DNA of 64,000 bases from Takakia lepidozioides (Eukaryota; Plantae; Bryophyta), in the NCBI GenBank assembly GCA_030704615.1, contig CM060733.1, forward strand, positions 71,734,001 through 71,798,000. Reading direction: 5' to 3'. The position numbers and the translations under genes are program-made. A model generated the notes under the pieces. That model had not been told where the DNA came from. It saw only the letters and a list, made by a program, of their open reading frames with translations, and did no database searches. Shown here in pieces: positions 1 through 12,104 of this stretch (positions are counted from its first letter, which is position 1; each line of letters opens with the position of its first letter).

Positions 1-850
1 CTGTTACTGATGGAGTTTATCTTCATGGTCAGTTACAAACCAAAGAAGCAGCACCTTGTAGCGGACCACCTATTCCGTATTGAGACTGGCGAGCCACCCG
101 TAGGAGTGGAGGATAACACACGGGATGCAAACCTATTTGCGTTAAGCTCAGATTGGCAAGGACCAATATACGACTATCTCAGGACGGGGCAATTCCTTGA
201 GGATATGTCAAAACAAGAAAGAAGGAAGATAGTTGTTAAGGCATTGCCTTATACAATTTTGGAGGGAAAAGTATATAAACTAGGACCAGATGGCATCCTA
301 AGGAGATGTGCTACAAGCACAAAGTCAAGGACTCTACTCGAGCAAATGCACGATGGACCGGCAGGAGGTCACTTAGGCCTAGATTCTACGGCCAAAAAGA
401 TGCTTAGCACGGGATATTGGTAGCCACACCTATTCAGGGACGCCCTTGAATTCTGCCGGAGATATGACCATTGCCAGTGGATGGGTCCCGTTGCAGCAGG
501 TGGTGTCGCACTATTACACAGCTTGTTGCCAGATGAACCATTCTTTAAATGGGGATTAGACTTTGTTGGCCCAATTAAGCCAGCTGCTCATTATACTGGC
601 AACAAGCACATCCTGGTAGCAATGGACTACGTCACGAAGTGGGTCAAAGCAAAGGCCCTATGGGATAACACGACAGCCAGTATGTACAGCAAAATTCCTG
701 TACAAAATTTGGCTGTCCACTGGAACTTGTGAGTGACCAAGGGGTACACTTCGTGAATAAAACTATCCAGATTCTCATAGAGGAGTTCATGACACACCGC
801 CAGTCAACAACGTACTACCCACAAGGGAACGGGTAGACGGAATCAACCAA
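1..850 (+). pseudogene. Decayed Ty3/gypsy (Tat/Ogre-like) pol fragment: RNase H end plus integrase HHCC and core
   Basis: ORFs 10-423 and 481-732 contain HLVADHLFR, MHDGPAGGH..GYW*P..C..C and WGLDFVGPI..ILVAMDYVTKWV; SDQGVHF and YYPQGNG follow out of frame. Stops and frameshifts; truncated at ~850. Confidence 0.9.
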
Positions 851-1812
851 CCCTTAATTTTGCGCAGACTTACGGATGGTAGACTCAGACCAACACAGGC
901 CTTAGGGGTGACGGACACAAACCTTAGGGGTGGCAAACAGGCTCACACAGTCAGTCACAGGCTTACACAGCCTATCATAGCACGTCACAATCTATCACAG
1001 TCTATCACAGTCTATCACAGCCTATCACAGCCTATCACATAGCCAGTCACAGCCCGACACAGCTTCACACAGCCAATCACAGTCTGACACGGCAAGTCAC
1101 AGCCTGGCACAGTCACAGCCCGACACAGCTTGGCACAGCCCGTCATAGCGTTCACAGGGGACGATTATCATTGGCAGGGAACGACTGTGTGGGAACGACA
1201 TATGCAGAGGGAACATGCGTTCTGTCTTGAATGGCAGTTAGTTAGTTAGGCGGTTAGAACAGCTTGCAAGTAGAATAGGCAGAGTAACGACAGGGGAAGG
1301 GGGATCACTTCTTGGACGTCACGGGGGAGATCAGGGCTTGGACATGTTTCTGGCATCACGGCGGAGAGCACGATCTAGGAGCACAGGGATGGAGTTTACA
1401 CAGAAGAGGAGATACGACGAGATGATGCTTGATACCTGCAAGCTGCAGAGATGCACTGTAGAGCAATTTAGAGACACCATAGCTTCGGCCTGATACATGA
1501 TAGATATTAATATGATTCATATTTCATATTCACACCGTGTAGAGAGATATGAGTGAAGCTGTGGAATGAATGCTTGAGGAGATGGAACATGGTAGATTGC
1601 AGAAGCAATCTGATACTTAATCATAGACAATAAGGTAACTTGCTAACATGAATGCGAGAATGAATACAAATAGGAAGCACCCCCATGATACACTAGTTGT
1701 AGGTCATGACTGATTGTTCTGAGCGGGCTGAGTACTTAGAGATTTCCAACTTTCTATCTTGGAGTCTACACCTCGGATAGCTAAGGGATGGGTGAGTAAA
1801 AGCCGCTCGACA
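851..1812 (+). repeat. LTR of Tat/Ogre-like element (family A), missing ~10 bp at its 5' end
   Basis: Starts CCTTAATTTTGCGCAG as at ~39091, ends ...GAGTAAAAGCCGCTCGACA just before a PBS; the 3' part matches the reverse complement of 36269-36410. Confidence 0.8.
940..1156 (+). repeat. Degenerate ~10-bp (C/T)CTATCACAG / CACAG tandem array inside the LTR
   Basis: Repeated tctatcacag/cctatcacag/ccagtcacag units. Confidence 0.85.
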
Positions 1813-1814
1813 TT

Positions 1815-1832
1815 TGGCGACCATACTGGGGA
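1815..1832 (+). other. Primer-binding site, tRNA-Arg type (TGGCGACCATACTGGGGA)
   Basis: Lies 2 nt after the LTR-terminal CA; resembles the Ogre/Tat PBS TGGCGACTCCACTGGGGA; identical copy on the minus strand at 41825-41842. Confidence 0.8.
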
Positions 1833-1877
1833 GCTGAGTCAAGAACAACCAGATGTGACAGGCATCTAGTGGGATCA

Positions 1878-3050
1878 TGGTGGATGGAAAATCAAATAAT
1901 TTGATGTGAATCAAATTCCCTGTGAAACTGAGAAAGAAAGATTGTCCAAACAATTCTTTCAGAGGTTATTGGAATTGCCAGACGGTTGCAAGGAAGACAT
2001 TTTTAAGAGAGTGCATGATGCTGATCTAGTGTGGGGTCTGGAGAACGGAGTGATAAAGATTTATCAAGTGGCCTGTAGAAGGACAGCTAGATGTTGCCAA
2101 CACTGGTTTATGTGATAGCGTTGTTATCCATTAAACGAGTGGAGTTTGAAGGCTGGGAGGAACGGAAAGTGAATGTTTTTACTCATATGCATGAAGAGCT
2201 TGTACTGGTAAAGAATTGGATTCCTAAGGATATCTTGTGGAGCAAACTTACACCAAGAACAGCTTTTCAGACGTGCTTGCCATATGGTTATATGGTAACG
2301 GAGCCTTCTAGTATAGCCAAGGGTGCATTAAAGCTTGAAAAAAATCCAGGCATATACGAGAGATACTACAGAAGAGAGTTTTGGTTATTGCCTCATTAAA
2401 GATATGAAGGACATGGGACATGAGTGATGAAAGGGAAGCTAGACTCCGCAAAGATTCAGCGAAAAGAGAAAGTTATTTGAAAGCTAATTATCCATATCTC
2501 TGGGAGAGAGCAATAGACGTAGGGGAATCATCTGGACCTCTCACACCATTAAGGCCAGAGAATACATCACCCATACTGGAAGAACCAAATTTGGATGCCA
2601 CTCCTTCTTATTCTTTACAAGAAAGATTAAGGGATTTGGTATAGGAAGAAGATCAGCCACGAGGGGCAAGATCTGAGGTACATCCCTGGGTTAAAGATTT
2701 GACAGAAATCTTTGATCAGAGTTGGCATGGAACACCAAGAGCAGGAACTCCAGTTTCTGAAATACAAGACAAAGAAGGAGAGGAAGATGTGGCAGAGCCA
2801 ACAGAGAGTTCAGACTCTCCAACACCACTGCAGTTGAGTTATATGAGTGAGAAAAAAGAAATCCAAGAGAAGAACTTGGAAGATGAAGAGTATGAAGAAG
2901 TAGACCCAACAGTTGAAGTTGAGACTACAACCAGGACATCCCAACCTGTTGGACCTGGATCAAGTGAGCACTTGGATCACAGGCCAACATAAGTGTCGGC
3001 TCAGGGGGATCAGGCAGGCAGCTTGGATGTGGCTCTGGGGGGACAGGGAG
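1878..3050 (+). pseudogene. Extra ORF of unknown function between PBS and gag (Ogre-type position), decayed
   Basis: ORF pieces 1906-2115, 2091-2399, 2420-2644, 2699-2992; homologous to 40815-41769 (WGL..G.I.I, WIPKD(I/L)L, EREARLR). Confidence 0.65.
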
Positions 3051-3051
3051 T

Positions 3052-4592
3052 GTGGGAAGTAGTGCAACTAGAACTGAGGGTACTGCAAGTACAGGGGGGC
3101 CAGTAGCAGAGAGTGCTCAGGGGCCAACACCTGGTGGGAGTTCCACCACTACAACAGCATGTCCACAAAGACCAACACCTATCAGAGGGCAGGATGTAGG
3201 GCCACAGATGGCGGTACCTCCAACACGGGCAAAGCCACCTTTTCCAATATATGCAGGAAAAGGGGATCCTGATGTACACATCAGCCAATTTGAGCACATG
3301 TGTATAGTGAACAATGAGAATGGCGATGATGCCAACTTGAGACTGTTTCCTTATTCACTTATCAAGAAAGCAAATGGTATGCAAGGTTTTCTAATAATCA
3401 TTTTCTAACCTGGAATGGCCTTAGTACAGCATTCCGAAACAGGTTCAGGACAAGCACAACTGAGGATGAAGTGTATGGGAGTTTACAACACTTGAGGCAA
3501 AAGAAGCATGAAACTGTTGAAGAATATATGGAAAAGATGGAGTTAATGATGAAAAAGCTGGCTGCTGTACCAGCACCAGGATTACAGAAGACTTGGTTTG
3601 TGAATGGACTAAGACCCGAATTACAAAAAAAAATGGATATGCTACCCCATAATACAGTGGAGGAGGCATTCGAAACAGCCAACAGAATTGAGCAATTGGG
3701 AATGCTCAGGAGAGATAAGAGGGATGATGATGACTATGAAGATGAGTCAGATGAGGAAGAAGAGCAAGAGCTCGGGAGGAAGAGCAAGAAGAAGGAAAAA
3801 TTGAAGAGGGACAACTATGAAAAAAGATTGGAAGAAATCTTGAAAAAGTACGCCACTGAGGCTGCAACACATTGGAGGAAGGGTGTTTGGTGTGCAAAGT
3901 ACCAAAATGAAGGCCATACCACAGCTCAATGCCACATGAAGGAGAAAAACTGTACTATCTGTAAAATGGATAACCATTCTACTGAGAATTATTATTACAA
4001 TAGAAGGACAACTACAAGAGAACCTAGGCAAGTGAGGAGGCATCAAGTGCAACCCCAGCAAAGAAGAAACAATGACCAGGACCAGTATGGTAGGCCTGGT
4101 GGGTATAACAATGGTATGGCAGGAAGAGGTAATCCAAGAGGGAATTATCAAGGCAATCCCAAAGGCAACTATCAGGGTAATCCAAGGGGGAATTACCAGC
4201 CAGGGAATCAGGATTATAGAAATAATCCCAGAATAGACCAAGGGCGAGGACCCAATGGTGAAGAACTGTGTTACTATTATAACCAGGCATGACATCGCAA
4301 AGCAGCATGTCCATTTTGGATTAGACACCAGAATGAGATGAGAGCTCCTGTGAATGTGGGCCCAGTAGTGGCAGCTCATATGGTTATGCCATGTTTTGTA
4401 CCATAAGTAAGTACAATGATAGTTACCAGATGCAAAGCTAAACTGTTACCTCCAGTGGATGAGGGAGAAGATGTTAATGAAGATGGCAGTGATGTGCCTG
4501 AAGATGATGAGGCTTGGAGAGATGAGAAGGAACTGCACAAGAAAGTGGCTGATACCATAAGGGAAATGTAGAAGGATACTGATATCCCTATA
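3052..4592 (+). pseudogene. Tat/Ogre-like gag, frameshifted and truncated before the protease
   Basis: FPIYAGKGDPDVHISQF, LRLFPYSL, LRQKKHETVEEY..WFVNGLRP, degenerate CCHC knuckles, 24-bp GNPRGNYQ repeats; 3' part matches 15500-16150 in inverted orientation. Confidence 0.85.
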
Positions 4593-5768
4593 TGTTCTGC
4601 TCTTGCTTAATCATGCTCACCGCTCATGCAACATCTGCACCCATCCACCCATGTTAACTCTTTGCATTTCAGGAGTCTACTCAATCTATTTGGAAGAACT
4701 TCTTTATACAAACGAATGAATGCCAGGTCCTTCTTCACGACTTCGTTCTGCAGGCTAAGAAATGACACCCGTAACAAGATCCGAAGCTGCCCATATACTG
4801 TCATCTCCTCCATTCCACTGTCTTCCATTTGGGGTGGATCATGAGAGCACAGGGCGAAGGGGGAGGAGATGACGTGAACCAGAGCTGGCCGATACACGTT
4901 TTCTTGTCGTTGAGATTGCTAGCATCCTTCGCGTAATCCATGTTGTGCCGAATTTTTTGGAAGCAAACCATTTCTTCATCAACAAGTACAAGTTTTAGTT
5001 GCTTTCCTATGAGTTGTTTTCCTTCTCCTAAAGCTGTTTCCATTTCTACAGGTTTGCCTCCTTCCTATGTGTGTGTTTCCATCCAAAATCCTAAGAAAAT
5101 TGATTATAGGCCTTTGAGATGAATGGAAAGGGCAGTTTCTATGCCAATTACAGTTCTTCTTTCGTCTTGAATTGCATTCCTCACCAATCTGGAGCTGCTT
5201 TCTTTGGGAACACGAGAGGACGATTGCGATGTAGACAGCGTGCATAGTGACGTGAGCGCGGAAGTATCGCAGAAGTTGCTGCTCTTCTCAGGGAACGATT
5301 ACCACTAACGATTAGGTTAGCCTTACGTATCTTAGATCCCCCTATTTGATGACTTGTATTCTGCAGCAACATTGGGTAAATGCTATGTCAGGTATGCCAT
5401 GCCTTGTGTTTGTGTGGGGAGATTGTCACAGAGAGGGGTATGCCAAAAAAAAAAAAGAGGCCCAGTCCTAAAAATTATTGCCAATTTATGCTCTCCTTGT
5501 TTATGGGTTGTACCCAATTACACACCCTGTCACCTAAACGAGATTGAAGAGTCATGTTACAAGCTAGCGGCTGCATTGGTGTCTAACTCTGCCAAGGGCA
5601 TAAGATATAAGGCCTTACCATTGGGGTGGGTTCAGGATTGCTTACTCTGTCCATCTGCATTTGCTGCCAACATGGTGGTGACGACAACGCTTGCCAGTGT
5701 GGCTCCCAACCTGGTGCAAGGGCAGGAGAGTGTGATGGCCATATTTTCAGACTCTATCACGCGACATC

Positions 5769-6266
5769 TTGGATGACCTCAAGGGTCTACCCACTCTCGG
5801 CACTAGACTGAAATTTAAACTCAGGGCAGGAAGCCTACCTTTGAACAGCAAACAGAAGCAGAGAGGAAAGGGAGAGTGCAATTGCCCATTGTGTGGGCAA
5901 TCTGAAGACAGTATTCATTTTCTGATACACTGTCCGGGGTTCTCTCACCAAAGAGACGCTCTCTTCAAATCTATTAAGGGAATTGTGCCTGTACCCCTGT
6001 TTACCAACTTTGAAAGTCTCGAGGCTGAGCCAAAAGCCCAGGCCCTCCTGAGGCCTAGTTTTTGGGCAAATCACACACAGCAGATTGATGCTTGTGTGAA
6101 GGGATTTCTAGAGGATATCTGGAAAACCCGGATTAATTCTTTATATGGAGGTAAGTCTTACTACCAACGTCAGCCCCTGACAGAGGTAGGTTCTGTCCCT
6201 TTTGTTCCCGCTCAAACTGGGCGTGGGGTCAATGGCCACAAGGCTACGGCAAACAACGTCTTATGA
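5769..6266 (+). mobile_element. 3' end of APE-RT LINE ORF2 (same family as 59584-63800)
   Basis: DDLKGLPTLGTRLKFKLRAGSLPL..CPLCGQSEDSIHFLIHC is near-identical to 59584-59760 (minus) and continues to the stop codon that copy lacks. Confidence 0.9.
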
Positions 6267-8979
6267 GTACAATCTATCACGCATCAATCATAGATCGGGT
6301 GCATACTGCACAAAAGGAAAGCAATTCTGAAGTGCATGTTTACAAGCACAATGATATGGCCCACCTGCACCTGCTGTTGTAAGTCTACCCTTCTTCTCGG
6401 CACAGTGTTTATGCTTGCTTGTCTTTGGTTTGCATCAGTCAGAAGTCTGACCTACTTTTTAATATTAAGAAACATATACTGGGGCATGTAGCGTAAGGTG
6501 GTGGTCACAGGCAGGTGTGTTGCAAGGCTATCTCTCTTTCCCTTTCTGTTTACCTCTTGCTCACTTCCTTGTTCTGCTACCAGTTGTGTCATTGAGGCGT
6601 GGTATTCTGTGATTCACACAGACAATAGCATTGCGGTAGCCACAAGTTTGTCAGAAGCTGGGCCTACCATCATTATCAGAGCTGGCCAAACTACGAAGTC
6701 CTCCCCAGACAAGGCCCTTGGAAAGGGAGGCTGTTGAAATGATGGGTCCGGAGGCCCTCCTTGTGGTATGTGATAGAGCCTCTCAGAAGTAAAGACGAGA
6801 AGGCTTGCAAGCTACTGGGCAGGGGGGTAGGCGGCCAGAGTGAAAAGAGAAATTTGAAATTTGCAGAAGTATGCATACTGGCAGGTGTGGTTCCTTTTAG
6901 AGTAGGGCTGGTGAACTCTATGACACCTCTTATTCTGACAGCAAAGGGAGGTAGGCTCAGACATTCGGCAAGCATTGAATAGTTGACTGGTCTTGTGCTG
7001 TATTTTAAGCTTACCGTCCTATTGCGTGTATTTGAGTTTAGATCAAAAATAGCATTTGCTGGAGACAAATCTCCATCCCTCAATTGGAACAAGAGGTGTT
7101 TAGATTTTCTTGCATTTCACCTTTGAAGTGATTTTCTTCATTGTTATTGCTACAGCTCGCTATACTGTGCTTAAGTCGACAGCAAGCAGCATCAAGACTT
7201 CAGCTTATGAAAGCCATGTTCCCAATGTATGTATGCTTCTCAGTCGTTTCTAACTGTTGTATTGATTACTTTTCATCAATATGGTTGTGTTTATGAGAGA
7301 TAAAGATTTGTTCCTCATTTTGGCTCGCATATGCTTGATGAAAGAGAGAGAGGAAGGGCTAAGGCTGGAGTAAACGGCACCTCTTCCCCTCAACCACTAC
7401 TGCGTTCTTCAGAGGGCTGTATGAGAGAGTGTAGTAGCTAGCATGTAGCTCCTATGGAAGGGTTAAATGTAATAGTCTTCACAATAGGATGTTTTACATT
7501 TCTGCCCTTTTTCCTGGTTAATCACCTTGACCATATCTGTGTGTGGCATGCATGTAGCTTGTTGCTGTGATCAAGGAATTCACACCAAACACTTACGGAG
7601 ATGCATTTGTATCACTTAAGGTAATGAATTTCAGAGTTATGCAGCATAGCAGTGCTGAATGTCCATCTAGTGTCAGTCATCGTTTCTGACAAAAGAGAAG
7701 AAGGCCCAACCTTGGGGATACACATCGGTTATAATTCACCTTGGTGTCCCTTCCAACACTTCTCTTCACATCTTTCAGTTTACTTTGTGGCTGCTGCTTC
7801 TGGTCCTGTACCCACATATTTAAGCACTTCAAGTTTGGAACATACTGCTTTGTGATCATTAAGGGTAAATTAACAACAAAAGGTCAGACATTGCTAAGCT
7901 ACTTCTCTGACATGCCTTGCCCAGAGCTGCAGAAATGCCAAAGTGATATTCTCACTAGGTAGAGCACGGTACCTCAATATCACTGTCAACAATGTTGTGC
8001 AGGTTGGTCTCCTTTCCCTCAACCTGCATTACCCCCGTTTAGTGCTTCAGTGCCCCAGGGTAACCCTCTCTTCCAATGATGGAGAGTCGAGTTTTGTAGC
8101 TGGGTGTAAAGTTAGGTCTCAAACTGCAATTGGCTTCAAATCATAAATACCTTGTCACAGCAGGACCAGAAGCCGAAAGAGAGCAGAAGCTGAAAAGCAG
8201 GAGACTAGGACGATCTAGCAAGGCTGACCACAACCAGAACTAACAAGACAAACTGTGACACAGAGGGTCAAAGTTAAGATGAGGCTTGTGGTCCTACAGC
8301 CTCTGTGCACTATTATTAGTATCAACCTCATATTTTTTACCAGATGTCACTTAAATGAATAGAGAAAATGCGATCAGTATTGTTAGGGGAGAACAACAAA
8401 GAGATGCCAAAGGGCATTGTTCTGTGAGTACACCTGTGCATATGCTTCTTATGTACATGAGTCGAAAGAATGTCGGAGGGAGGGGCCAGTGGACAGAGAG
8501 AGAGTGGGGAGCAACATTTCATGCATTTCCTCGAATGGGGAGAGGGATGACAAATGCTTGTGTGAGTGCACCTGCAGGGTGTAGCATACAATGCAACCAA
8601 GAATGTCCTCTACGTTCTGCATGCCTACTTGACTATTCTGGAAAATATAGTGTAAATCCATGTGAACTTTTCACATCTGCTCGGTGGCAAACTTTAAAGT
8701 TTCTAGTGATACCTCCTTTTAAGTAAGCTTTTGAAGAGCCCTTTAAATATTGCATGTCTGGTTGCCGTGGTTTGTGGAGCCAGTAGTGTGTTATAAGCTG
8801 ATATTTCTCCTAAATAGACAGAAGGACCTGCTTGGACTGTTGTGCTGTGAGGAAAAGTCTCTCTCACCACTACTTGCACATCACTTGTTCAGTTCATGCA
8901 TCGATTTGGACTTCTTGCCTGTGAACAACGTATAGCTTATCAGGGAAAAGAGCTGAGAAGAGAGATGTGGAGGTTGCAG

Positions 8980-9487
8980 GGAGATTGACTTTGTACAGGA
9001 GATAGTCTGGACACTTGCTAGGGATTGCACAAAGGGAGATGATTACAAAGGTGGCAAGAAGGTGCATCGCAGGTACTTAGTCTTTGCACAAATCTTTTGT
9101 TGATGTTGCTGCACTACAAGCCACAGATCACAAGTTGGTAACAGTAACTTGAAAATGTTGCAATAGCTTATCTAGAGCCTATTGGTTTAGACTCTCTGCA
9201 TGAGCTCATGGTGTCTAGAAGCAGCTGGATATACAATACTTTCTGTATACACTGGATCTTCAAGTTGAGGTCGTCAGCAATTTGGAGAAGCTGGTTTCAA
9301 ACTTGACAGCGTTGGAACTTGCTAAGCAGGTACTTAATTTGCCATGGGATGTATGTCTGCACCCGAAAAATGGCATTCTTTATATTGCAATGGCTGGGTA
9401 GCATCAGATTTGGCAACACGACATTTCTGAGGGTGTTAAAAAAGTCTTCAGTTGAGATGGCTATGAGCGCAATCTGAATGGCCGCAG
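8980..9487 (+). pseudogene. SOQ1: Two isolated exons of a SOQ1/NHLRC2-like NHL-repeat gene
   Basis: Exon 8980-9072 reads EIDFVQEIVWTLARDCTKGDDYKGGKK; exon 9330-9487 reads VLNLPWDVCLHPKNGILYIAMAG*HQIWQHDISEGVKKVFS*DGYERNLNG. AG/GT borders kept; two stops and one frameshift. Confidence 0.85.
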
Positions 9488-10499
9488 GTTCTCTCCTCTT
9501 TTGCCACATAGTCACAGCAAATGGATGAGGACTACATGGAGGACCATGACACACCTTCTCCAGTTCCATTAGAGTCTGTGAGGGGCATTGCCTGTGACAT
9601 GTGCAGAGTGGGACTGTCACCACATAAGAGAAAGCACCAGGCTGGAAAGGGTGAAAGGGAGTGTAGCATTTTGTGAAGAAGTATAGCCTGAGGCCCAAGA
9701 GACAACGAAGTAGTTGTCCCTTGGGCAGGTATATCAAGGGTTCTTTATGAAGTCCAATATTGCTTCTCCATCTCGGCAGCTATTTTCAAGGAGGGGATTT
9801 TATGGAATGATGGGTGTGCAAGATGCACAAGAGATAATTTATTTTCTTGAGATTTTTTGCATTAAGCTGACATTCTTTTCAAACTTGACATTAATTGCAA
9901 TAGGAGTACATGTTGATCAGCTTGGGACCTTCAAAAAAGAAATGTGAAGTTGAGACATGAGCTACATTGATTTCATACTTTTCAAGGTGCAATTGACCTT
10001 CGATTCGTTAATGGCCGATAGTTGAATTGAGAAAAATTCATAGGCTTCACATCAAATGAAAATCTTGCAAGGATATCAATGGTGTTGTGAGAGCTACAAA
10101 TGAGTGAATTGAATAGTGATACTTAAGCACCATATTCGTGCTTGGAATGAGATCAATCAAGCATGTACAGAGATGGTGTGAATATGTTCCAAGCCATCAT
10201 TTCCATGTGAAAATTTTACTAAAATGATATGTGTTGCACTGTCACTTACTTCGTGTTGTAGTAATTTGCATTGTTAAGACATGAAATTCGTAGAGATGAA
10301 ATTAAGCAAGATTTTGGCACGGAAATAGTATCCCAACACTATGTATTATAATGGACACGTAATCCATGTCGTAATAGAGCAAACGTAATTAGTGTCATTC
10401 TCATGCCATCAAAGTGACGTATATCACATGGATGATTTGTTTGACGACATCCGTACCACAATCGTTAGGTATTCGTGGCCTGGCAAATTAGAGATGTAC

Positions 10500-11770
10500 G
10501 GCACGAAGAACCCACTCTAATCCTAATTATGTTAGTCCACAACGCTTACCACACCCATATACCTATAGACTTCTCTACCCACCTTAAACTGTTACTGTCC
10601 GACACTCAAAGCATGGCTATCACATCCTTTCCAACACCACCTTTACAAGCCCCATCTCGATCCCCCTACAGACCAAAAACAAACAAAACATGGATTCCGA
10701 CCCCTCCCCGCCCCATCCCGTCACTCAATATCACCCATGTTGGAGCACCTCCAATTCATTTAGGCCCTACCTCTTTAAAATACCCCTCAGCACATGCACA
10801 CTACACAGATGGTTCCCAAGCTGGCTCCTGCGCCGGATATGGAATCTACCACGCAGCCACTAACACTGGTATAGCCCACCGACTTCCGGGCCCCGCAACC
10901 ATACTATGTGCCAACTTATGGCCATCTACGAAGCCCTCTCCCAGCTACACGCATTCCCCTCACCATACTACATTTTTACAGATAGCTTAACTTCGTTTTT
11001 TCTCATGCAAAACCACATAGCCAGCCCATCCTCCCATCATCACCACCCAGATCGTAATCTTATCTCAGCAATCATCACTTTAGCCATCTCAATCAACCAA
11101 CCCATTCAATTTCTTAAAGTACGCTCACGTATCGGAATCAACGGGAACGAGGAGGCTGACCTCCTTGCCCAACTAGGGGCCTCCAAACCCCCAGTAGAAC
11201 CCTCCACAGACCCCATCCACACTGCACATACGTACCCTTTCTGGCTAATACATCCAATTCCAAGCCCCCCCGAACCTAAACCTATTCGTAACCTCTACTC
11301 TACTCTCTCTAAAGAAGCCAACAAACGAGCCGCTATATCTCTCAGTCACACCAAACAACATATCAAAAAATGGACACACTCCACAGTACTCCATCATAAA
11401 TTGTCCAACCACTTCTGGTACACTAAAGCCGCTTCCGACGCACAAATCAAACAAACACTTAAGTTTAGATTCACCCAGTATATGGGGCACCGGCGTAAGC
11501 ATACCTTTTGGCCAACCATTTTTACATCCCCACATTGCCCCCTCTGCTCCCATATACATGCAGTACCTAACACTTGGTCACATATCCTCAGTAAATGCCC
11601 CCACCCAATCTTGCATGGCCTCGTATCGCTAGGCACAATCAAGCTATATGGCACATCCACAAATTACTACAACGACATAAAGAAACCAGATGGTTCTCAC
11701 TCATCAATGCTGGCACTTACCAAGGTAGACCCCCAGACCATACGGTACCATCCTGGCTATTACCCTGTAT
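10500..11770 (+). mobile_element. Non-LTR retrotransposon C-terminal fragment: RNase H + CCHC knuckle + RHN motif (Dualen/RandI-like)
   Basis: HYTDGS, QLMAIYEAL, IFTDSLTS, KVRSRIGINGNEEADLLA (RNase H); CPLC..WSHILSKC followed in another frame by RIARHNQA. Confidence 0.75.
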
Positions 11771-11879
11771 CCGGAGTTTTCTTCTTCTTCTTCTTCTTCT
11801 GGAGCAGTAGTGGGTAGTGTAGCAGCCGTGGGCCGTGTACCACTAAGGCACACAACCACGGGCCGTTTTTTTGGCAAAC

Positions 11880-12104
11880 CTTTTAGGCATCACTGATTAG
11901 TAGGACGCCGATTATGATCAGTCCAAGGACTTAAGCAGTAGCAGGGATGTTGATTCACGGAGCATGAGTGTTCCCACGGCCATTGACGATTACCTTGTAA
12001 TCGTCTTGCAGACATACCGTCGGACAACCTCTGTCAAGTGATTTGGGAAATGGGCTGCATCATTGAAAGCCCATTTCGCTTAAGTCACAAACCAGCGGTT
12101 AACA
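11880..12104 (+). repeat. 3' part of an LTR, family B (fragment)
   Basis: Ends TAAGTCACAAACCAGCGGTTAACA; shares CATACCGTCGGACAACCTCTG and GATTAC..GTAATCGT with the reverse complement of 41845-42020; no PBS follows. Confidence 0.75.

Noticed and set aside
4607-5043. Minus-strand peptide YGQLRILL..LAFIRLY..LKCKELTW, reminiscent of a transposase C-terminus
   Set aside because: Too short and without catalytic motifs; left unassigned.
8985-9072. DCTKGDDYKGGKKVH first read as a PPR L motif
   Set aside because: It fits the SOQ1 exon (TLAGNGTKGSDYQGG), and the next SOQ1 exon follows.
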